A stretch of DNA of 64,000 bases from Octopus sinensis (taxonomy: Eukaryota), in assembly GCF_006345805.1 (NCBI RefSeq), contig NW_021834509.1, positions 7,023-71,022 on the forward strand, written 5' to 3'. Position 1 is the stretch's first letter; every line of letters begins with the position of its first letter. A program made the position numbers and the translations under genes. The notes beneath the pieces are model-generated. The model had not been told where the DNA came from. It did not search any database and saw only the letters and a program-made list of their open reading frames with translations. Shown here one piece after another: positions 54,965-64,000 of the stretch.

Positions 54965-55509
54965 TATCTTTGACTTACTTCAGTCATCGGACTGCAAATA
55001 TGCTGAGACAAACCCTAATGGGTTTTAGTGGAACAATTCTTTTTCATTTAAGCCTGGTACTTATATTATCAGTTGTTTTGCCGAACCACTAAGTTACGAG
55101 AAGTAAACAAACCATCATCGGTTGTCAGATGGGGATAGAAATAAACTCAAACACTCGCACACATATATTCTTTTGCTTGTTTCAGTCATTTGACTGCGAC
55201 CATGCACCTAATTTAGTCGAACAAATTGACCTCAGGACTTATTCTCTTTAAGCCTAGTACTTATTCTATTGGTCTCTTTTGCCAAATCGCTCAGTTACGG
55301 GGAAGTAAACACACCAGCATCGGCTGGCAAACGAAGGTGGGGGACAAACACAGATGCATAGTAGTTACCGTCAACCGAATCCACTCACAAGGCTTTGGTC
55401 GGCCCGAGAATATAGTAGAAGACACCTGCCCAAGGTGCTATGCTGTGGGACTGAACCCGGAACCATGTGGTTGGGAAGCGAGCTTCTTACCACCACAGCC
55501 ACTCCTGTG

Positions 55510-55510
<1 letters not shown>
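54965..55510 (-). mobile_element. Two S2 SINE copies (tail about 54965-55150; about 55168-55510)
   Basis: Match S2. Confidence 0.8.
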
Positions 55511-55544
<34 letters not shown>

Positions 55545-55545
55545 T

Positions 55546-55637
<92 letters not shown>

Positions 55638-55869
55638 CAATATATAATATTAACCTGAACTTGCAACGTGGATCCCAATATTACAGGTATAAACCTGAAA
55701 TTGTAACTATGTATGTCATTGTTCAGCTTTATTTCAAGATTTCTTGCCAATAAAGAGCCGGTTTCTAACCTAGATCCAAGTCTCCATTGAAATTTCAATA
55801 TCAACAACCGGATATGTATGTTTGTATGTATATAAAGGGGATAGTTTTGCACACGGTTTTTCTTTTGTC

Positions 55870-56877
55870 AACACATCTTCGAGTTGCAATATGAAGATGA
55901 TACGGCACTTGTCAGCCATAGCTCTGCTGACCTTCAAAGGCTCTTGGACTACATGTCAGTTGCATACAGCCGTGCTGGCCTAGTCATCAATACCAAGAAG
56001 ACGGAAATCATCCAACAGCCTTGTGCCCCCAACACTAATCCATGCGCCTTCCATGTTGAAGATGCAACAATTGCTACTGTTAACCAATTCACGTACCTTG
56101 GCTTAGTTCTCAACAACAACAACCTCGATCTTACAAACGATAGTCAACGCCGTATTCGTCTTGCCTCTCCTGCATTTGGACGGCCAAGTACTCGCGTCCA
56201 AGAAAAAAATCAACATCAGAACAAGTGCGGCTGTCTACAATGTTGTTCATGTTTCAATCCTGCTATATGGCTGCGAGTCTTGGGTACCCTACTGGCGTCA
56301 TATCAAGATGCTCGAACGGTTTCATATCTCTTGCCTTCAACAATTCCTTGGCTTACACTGGTGGTACAGGATCCCTCATGCTGAGATACGTGGCCGAACA
56401 ACCAGCCAGCCATTGGAGGTAACAATAGCTAACTGCCAAATCAGATGGTCAGGGCATGTCATTCGAATGACTTCAAATCTATTGCCCCGCCTTGTTATGT
56501 AAGGCGAACTTGAAGATGTAAGATGCTCTGTCGGTGGCCAGCACAAGCACTTTATAGATCACCTGAAGGCAACGATGAAAAAGTGTCATAGCCCTCCCGA
56601 CAGTCTCGAATCAGTGGCTGCAGATCGCACTAGCTGGCGCGACGCATATAAGACAAAACTTCCAGAAGATCTGCTGTAGAGTGAAGTGGTGCGCCGCACC
56701 CAGCGGCACGTGCAGAGCCCTGGAAGTCAACAGCTGCAAGGCTTTACATGCTCCACCTGCGGACGTATCTGTCTCTCCAGAATCGGACTTCATAGTCACC
56801 AGAGGTCACAAATGAAGTTCGGAAAAAGCACTCATCGTTACGCAATGTTCATGAAGTGGGATGGATGGATGAGATGT
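55870..56877 (+). mobile_element. RTE-clade LINE, 5'-truncated pseudogene
   Basis: Contains QYEDD (YADD-like), GLVINTKKTE, FTYLG, ILLYGCESW, RWSGHVIRM and the C2H2 FTCSTCGRICLSRIGLHSHQR, with a (GATG)n tail. Confidence 0.92.
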
Positions 56878-56882
56878 GTATA

Positions 56883-57098
56883 AGAGGGTGCTGAAAGGAT
56901 CCTGGCTTTGGGTAAAAGAAAATACGGGAGCATCAGTTAATTATCATTTTCTTCAACACATTCCCCTCACAGATTCACAAACTTCTTGCAGCGGTCCTTC
57001 AATTTTTCTAAGCCCCGTAAAAAACTTGCTCCAGTTTGGGCCTCCATTTAGGTCTTTCGTGATACCCTTAAAGCCAAGAAATTTTCAGCACCCCCTCG
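56883..57098. mobile_element. Mariner-derived MITE
   Basis: TIRs agagggtgctgaaaggatcctggcttt and aaagccaagaaattttcagcaccccctcg; TA at the left end. Confidence 0.8.
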
Positions 57099-57329
57099 TC
57101 TATATATATACATATGTAAACTATGTATTTATACTCTACATTTTGTATCTACGTTGTTCTGCAACAAGCAATATTTCTATACTGTTTCTAGACAGTCATT
57201 CACGTTTGACTCCCATAACATTACGTTAGTCTATACACACATTAATGGATACATATCTATATCTATCCATCTATTTATCTATCTACCTATATATTTGTAT
57301 AAATACGTATATATTATCTATGGATATAT

Positions 57330-57392
57330 TTATATTCATATATATATATATATATAATATATATATATATATAATATATATATATATATATA

Positions 57393-57426
<34 letters not shown>

Positions 57427-57990
57427 GTACGTATGTATGTATATATATATATATATATATATAATATGTACGTATGTATGTGTATATATATATATATATA
57501 TGTACACACACACACACACCACATACATGTTTGCATCAGTATATGTATATATGTGTGTATATGTTTGCAGATAAGATAGAGTATCAGATATAACTTATTG
57601 CCTTTCTTTCCTTTTCTGCCTGTCTTTCTCTCTCTACTAGTCAGTGTGTATGTGTGTGTGTGCGTGCCTGTGTACATATATATATATGTGTGTGTGTGTG
57701 TATATATATGAATATCAAAATTCCTATACATATATACACATATATATATACATATATGTATATATATGTATATATATATGCATATATGTATATATGTATA
57801 TGTAGAGTATATGTATATGTGTATGTATAAATATACATACACACACACACACACACATATATATATATGTATGTGTGTATGTATGTATATGTATATATAT
57901 ATATATATATGTATATTATACATATGTATATATGTATATATATAGTTATATAATTACATAGTCAGCGGGTATATGCATATATACATATAC

Positions 57991-58065
<75 letters not shown>

Positions 58066-58083
58066 TATATATATATATACATT

Positions 58084-58152
<69 letters not shown>

Positions 58153-58212
58153 ATATGTATATATAATATATATATATATTATATATATATATATATATAG
58201 ACATACATATAT

Positions 58213-58249
<37 letters not shown>

Positions 58250-58312
58250 TATCTATATATATATATACATTTATATATATATATAAATGCATATATATGT
58301 ATATATATATAT

Positions 58313-58320
<8 letters not shown>
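57330..58320. repeat. (TA)/(TG)/(CA)n microsatellite field
   Basis: Directly visible. Confidence 0.9.
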
Positions 58321-58343
<23 letters not shown>

Positions 58344-59139
58344 ATCTCTAACATATGTATACATATACGCAGTCACACGTTTATGAATAGCTGTCTGTAT
58401 AAATTTCGAAATTTCTTCCTCGTCCCATCTTCCCGTATGTCTACTAGTGTGCACATCCATGTACGCTCGTACGTGTGTTCGTGCGCCAGTGTATATATGT
58501 GTATATATTTGTGTATACACTCATATACATACACACATATGAATTGTGTACATATCATTCGTAACTCTGTATGTGTGTGTTTTGCAATACACGGCTATTT
58601 AATTAATAGTCCTCCTCTTCACTTATTTTGCTCCTACTCTTCCAACTTTCTTATTATTTTTCTTTTTCTTTTTCCTTCCTCTTCAACTCCTTATCACCAA
58701 CCACCTCCTCTTCCCGCCGCCAACACCACCCTCACACACCTCCTTCATCTCATTTCACCCTCTCCCTCCCTCCCTTCACTTCCTTTTTTCTCTTCTCCTT
58801 TTTCCCTTTCGTTTCCAGTAAGTAATTTTCAAAAGCTGGCGATGCAAAATTGCAATCCGACTTCTATTTAATGCAGCCAACCAAACTTAGATTTAATTAG
58901 CGTCTCTCATTATCTTCTTCCTTCCATTGCTTTGCAATCAAAGGCGTGCTTTTCTCCACAGCCCAACTGAAACTCTATTTCTTACCTTTGTCCACAGTCT
59001 GTATCGTCTTGGCTTCGTCTTTTGCTTGTCTTTGCTTTTATTTGCTTTTGCTTTCCTTTTGAATTCTAATCGAAGCTCAATCTATTCATTTTCATTATTC
59101 CTAAAGAATTTCGTCGCTTTTTCCTTTGCACATCGGTGT

Positions 59140-59354
59140 AGTTTGCTGCTGCTGTTGTTGCTGTTGCTACTGCTGTTGCTGCTGCTGTTGCTTCTGCTGC
59201 TGTTGCTTCTGCTGCTGTTGCTTCTGCTGCTCTTGCCGCTGCCGTCGGAGATGCTGCTGTTGCTGCTCGATTGTTGTTTTGGTTGCTTTCTTTATTGTTG
59301 CTGTCGTCGTCGACATCATAATCATCATCATCATCATCATTATCATCATCACCG

Positions 59355-59394
<40 letters not shown>

Positions 59395-59449
59395 TATCAT
59401 CATCATCATCATCATTATCATCATCATTGTCATCATCATCATCATCATC

Positions 59450-59512
<63 letters not shown>

Positions 59513-59572
59513 GTCATTATCATTATCATCGTCATCGTCATCGTTATCATCATCATCATCATCATCATCATC

Positions 59573-59613
<41 letters not shown>

Positions 59614-59720
59614 CATCATCATGTTGATCTTCATCGTCAAGTCACTGATAATAGTTATAATAATAGTGGCAGTATTGACAAAATCAATAATCCTGAAAAC
59701 GATGATGATGATGATGATGA
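59140..59720. repeat. (CTG)/(CAT)n microsatellite
   Basis: Directly visible. Confidence 0.9.
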
Positions 59721-59913
59721 TGGTAATATTCCTTACAACTAGAGACACAAGGTCTGAAATTTTAGAGATGGATGGTCGATTTCATCGTCTCCAGTGTTCA
59801 ACTGGTACTTTATTTCATTGATCCTGAAACAAAAAAAAAAAAAGCAAAAAGCATGCTAACGATTCTGCCAGTAGCCACCTTTATGATGATGATCATGATA
59901 ATAATAATAATAA

Positions 59914-60395
59914 TTGTTTTGTCTTGGTATAAAAGATGGGCTACAGCAAATATTCTGCTCAATACCACAGATTTGCTTGTCAGTTGTTTGACCGTAACCA
60001 GTTGAGCATGTCCCTTAGTGGCTGACGATATGTGCATCTCTGATCACGAGCAGAAGTAGTGGAGGAGCATCATAGCCATGTGTTGAGAGGGATTCTTTGG
60101 GGTTTGAATAATTCAGCTCTGGAAACATGGGTGGTTCTTTCAACATCCTTAAACAACCCTTATTCAGGGACCTTTTGAGCGGGATGGGCTACTCAACCTG
60201 AAGAAAATTCTAACTGGGCCCCACCTGCAAGGTCATGTGCTGTTTATCTTGATATGACATCACCATGTCGCGCACATATGGTTGTGATGCATGTGCCTGG
60301 TGTACCCTTATCAGACGGGTAGTCATGATGGGTATATTGGGCTTCGTATATTTTACCCCAGTGTCACTTTGATGGCATGCACTGCTCTCTCACTC
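59914..60395 (+). mobile_element. Family X element, ending ctc-(AAT)n
   Basis: Reverse complement of the 19.7-kb and 63.4-kb copies. Confidence 0.8.
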
Positions 60396-60418
60396 AATAA
60401 TAATAATAATAATAATAA

Positions 60419-60459
<41 letters not shown>

Positions 60460-60462
60460 ATA

Positions 60463-60494
<32 letters not shown>

Positions 60495-60528
60495 AATGAT
60501 AATAATAATAATAATAAAAATGATAATG

Positions 60529-60571
<43 letters not shown>

Positions 60572-60618
60572 TAATAATAATAATTGTAATAATAATAATA
60601 GTAATAATAATAGTAATA

Positions 60619-60684
<66 letters not shown>

Positions 60685-60686
<2 letters not shown>

Positions 60687-60785
60687 GACTGCTGAAAACT
60701 TGTGGATACCAAAAGTTACAGGGAGTAACCCGCTACCCACATAATTCCTACAAGGTGTTAGACCGAACCTTTGCCAAACCAAAAT
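60685..60785 (+). mobile_element. Short R4/Dong-like 3' tail in (AAT)n
   Basis: gactgc...ggatacc.aa.gtta.agg.agtaacccgcta.ccac matches the 3' UTR at about 34705-34805 (minus). Confidence 0.65.
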
Positions 60786-60984
60786 AACGACAATAACAAC
60801 GACGACGACGACGACGATGATAATGATGATGATTTCTTTTATTGACAACTGTAGGGAAGGTATAGGACGGCATAATACAAATAAAGCGGGATTCTAGGAT
60901 TAAAACAAAACAAAACAAAATGTGTAAACGAAAAAAACATAAATAGAATTCTAATAATTAAAATCCCCTACGAGGGAGACTTCT

Positions 60985-62860
60985 TAGGGCTGCTCGTGGA
61001 AAACCTACGAAAACCATGACCACATTGACCTCTAGGGTAAATTCCCTCTTTTCATCAACCCTCAATCTAGAGGCACTTGCTTAGAGTACGAGCCATTCGC
61101 AGTACATTCACTCACCAGTGGACAAAATTGCTGAAAGGCAGCACTTCCATCTCCACCCTCACTTTCCTTTTCAAGTGAAATTTGAAAAAAATTGATGAAG
61201 GCTTGGCCGAAGAGGAAAGTATTTGTCTCCAGCCCTTTCAGTCTGGTCCACCACACAACCACATTCGTTGAGATCACCAGGCAAAGAAACACTGCCTGAT
61301 CTTCCTATCCAAATGAAGGCTGCGAGACGATCTTCACAATGATAGCCAGATCCGTCCTACATGCAACAGCCAATGTTTGACATAAACCCACAATTCAGCA
61401 AAGCTCGGGCATTGGACGAATGCGTGCAGAATAGTTTCGTCGCTCTGCGCGCATCTCGGGCAGGCTCGAGTGATTGTACTTCAATGTCTGTAGACTTTAT
61501 CTTAACCTGACAATGACCCCCGGTAACACTGTCAGGTCAAAGATTTCTGGAAATTATCCATAGGCTCCGGCTCGAAAGTCCTTCGGAACAGACCAGCCAA
61601 CTCATTCTCGTCTACGTCCTAGAATGTCGTCGTACCTGTATAGTGGAAGTATAGAACTTCCACTATACAACGCCAGAGTAGAACTTCCACCGACTTCATT
61701 GTTCAAATGACAGAGGACGGTGAGAGCCTGATGACACTTTAGGAGCCAGGAGCCCTGCCACGGTCTATGCTTGAGTCAGGACTGCAGTTCAGTCAAAGTG
61801 ATGAACTGTAGCAAATCCAGTCTGACAAACAATGACCATACTGCTTAACCAATTCCTTAATCCGGTTTTTGTAATCTTGTCACGCCAGCAGTGACTTGTT
61901 CAGCTTCCAGTAACTGGGTACCTACCTATTAAGCCTATCTAGGCCAACCGTACAAGTCACAAATTTGTAGTCTATGTAGCCGACAATTTTGAAAAGTAGA
62001 CAACTTATATTATCTTTATCTACTAATCTACAGAATACCTTGTCTAGTTACGACCTGGTTGACCCGATGCGATTCGTCCATGTCTACATCAGATATCCAG
62101 TCGGTACCTGTCGGACAGTTGGGAATGTCTGAGCAGGTTTGCGAGGCTTATGCACCACCCTCTTCTATCCGCGAACTCTACACAGTCCAAACGTGTCTTT
62201 AAGACGGCTTTCCAATCGCCCACTAACACTAAATGTCCAGACGTTCCCAGGAAAATATCTAGACGTCTGAAGAAATCCGGTTGTCCTGGCAATGTTGGAG
62301 AATAAACTTGTCAGAGGGCACCCCCGTCACTACCGTTCACTTTCAGTACCACCAACTTACCTTCTGGGTCGAAAAAAATGGCCCTTGTCTTGAGATTTAC
62401 ACCTTACTGGTACAACACTAATTCCACTCCATATTCCCCCCTATTTCCAGTTGACACGGAAATAAGTATATCTCGTTTCCACCGAAAATAGGCATGAAAA
62501 CCCGTTGATCGGAGAGTCTGCTTTCATTTATGGTTACATATACTGCCTATTCTGAGCAAGGCCGTGTAAGACTAAGGAATAGAAGCGGAAAGAGTTACTG
62601 ACAGAGATTTTGTTAGGGACGTGGGAACGGAAGTCCCGTCTCCTTAGTTATATGTGGGTATTTCCACGAGCAATTCTTTATACAATCTTTTGTTGATATT
62701 TCTCTTGGAAGCCCCATACTCCTTCAGGATATTTAGTTGTTATGGAGTCGGCAAAAGGCTTTCAGATGATTTGTGACCTCATACAAGTGACACCCCGGCT
62801 TTCTGATCTCAACGGTCACGTGGAAGAAAGTTAGTGTCATCTGACAAACTTATTGTTTTC
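60985..62860 (-). mobile_element. L1/Tx1-clade relic: ORF1 remnant, AP endonuclease and linker
   Basis: ORF 62089-62292 contains FFRRLDIFL..LVLVGDWKAVL..RLD (APE motif), with downstream linker relics. Confidence 0.75.
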
Positions 62861-63450
62861 GGGATTTTTTATGCATCTGCACCCTCAACTCCATGCTTTA
62901 ATCTAAACTATAAGAAGAGAATTGCATCATTCATATGCTTACAAACATTCTATACTTTTTATTTCAGTCTCCCTTCTGTTTCTCTTTCTTCCGCTCATCT
63001 TTTTATGTAAATCCCGCACAACACAAATTAAATCTGCTCCTATAATCACATTTCATGCCTCTGCGGCAAATAAAAGAAATTATTATTATCATTATTATTA
63101 TTATTATTATTATCATTATTATTATTATCATTATTATTATTATTATTATTATTATCATTATTATTATTATTATTATTTATTATTATTATTATTATTATAT
63201 TATTATTATTATTATTTTATTCTATGTTTGACTTTTGCTTTATGTCTGTACAAGGTTGACTCCACGTCTCACTCAGGACCTCAAGAGACAACAGGTTGGA
63301 AGTTCTGTGCCATATATTTGGGTTTAAAAAAAATTTTTTTTATGGTGTTGTACTAGTGAATGTCTAATACATAAAATTAAAAAATAAAAAAATAAATTAA
63401 AAAAAAAAAAATTAAAAAAAATTATTATTATTATTATTATTATTATTATT

Positions 63451-63886
63451 GAGTGAGAGGGCAGTGCATGCCATCAGAGTGACACTGGGGTAGAATATAC
63501 GAAGCCCAGTATAACCATCATGGCTATCCCTCTGATAAGGGTACTCTAGGCACATTCATTACAACCATATGTGCGCGACATGGTGATCCCATATCAAGAT
63601 TAACAGCGCATGACCTTACAGGTGGGGGCCTAGTTAGAATTTTCTTCAGGTTGAGAAGCCCATCCCACTCAAAAGGTCCCTGGATAAGGGTTATTTAAGG
63701 ATGTTGAACGAAACACCCATGCTCAACTGGTTAAGGTCAAACAACTGACAAGCAAATCTGTGGTATTGAGAAGAATACTTGCTGTGGACCATCATTTATA
63801 TCAAGACAAAACAATGTACATGATAACACTTCCAATCAGTTAAGATCAGAAGCCATGAAAGCTACTGCCTGGTACTGCATCAGGAC

Positions 63887-63888
<2 letters not shown>
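63451..63888 (-). mobile_element. Family X element in (TTA)n, internally deleted
   Basis: Shares the gagtgagag terminus with the other two copies; deletion at a catg microhomology near 63720. Confidence 0.8.
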
Positions 63889-63955
<67 letters not shown>

Positions 63956-64000
63956 CATTATTATTCTATGTTTGACTTTTGCTTTATATTTGTACAAGTT

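Noticed and set aside
58955-58985. Splice-acceptor-like motifs (ctttctccacag; also near 45762 and 52700)
   Set aside because: No matching donor with a credible reading frame; such motifs are common by chance.
60022-60060. CTGACGA in family X (and CTGAAGA near 19895 on the minus strand)
   Set aside because: No properly placed GAAA or stems.

Overview
Animal (metazoan) non-coding DNA, almost entirely repeats. I recognise the SINE families and the extreme microsatellite density as coleoid cephalopod, most likely Octopus; this is an inference from memory, not a database hit. I found no supportable host protein-coding exon, true tRNA/rRNA gene or CRISPR array, and most listed ORFs are translated microsatellites. 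Contents: three abundant tRNA-derived SINE families (about 40 copies, three with intact TSDs); a (TAA)n-embedded non-autonomous element (3 copies); three non-autonomous Helitrons; four decayed Tc1/mariner transposase copies and a mariner MITE; and LINE relics (Penelope-like RT/GIY-YIG, L1/Tx1, RTE, R4/Dong-like). The most interesting signal is a set of type I hammerhead ribozyme (HHR) motifs inside fold-back DNA. A 480-bp tandem repeat (10171-11520) carries one HHR per unit and flips orientation mid-array, which fits a retrozyme-like, circRNA-producing element. A near-perfect 600-bp palindrome (23871-24470) carries an HHR in each arm. A third palindrome (31763-32080) carries a decayed HHR. The two best HHR families both have a non-canonical U-U opposition at the base of stem II. 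All structures were folded by eye, and coordinates of degraded repeats are approximate.
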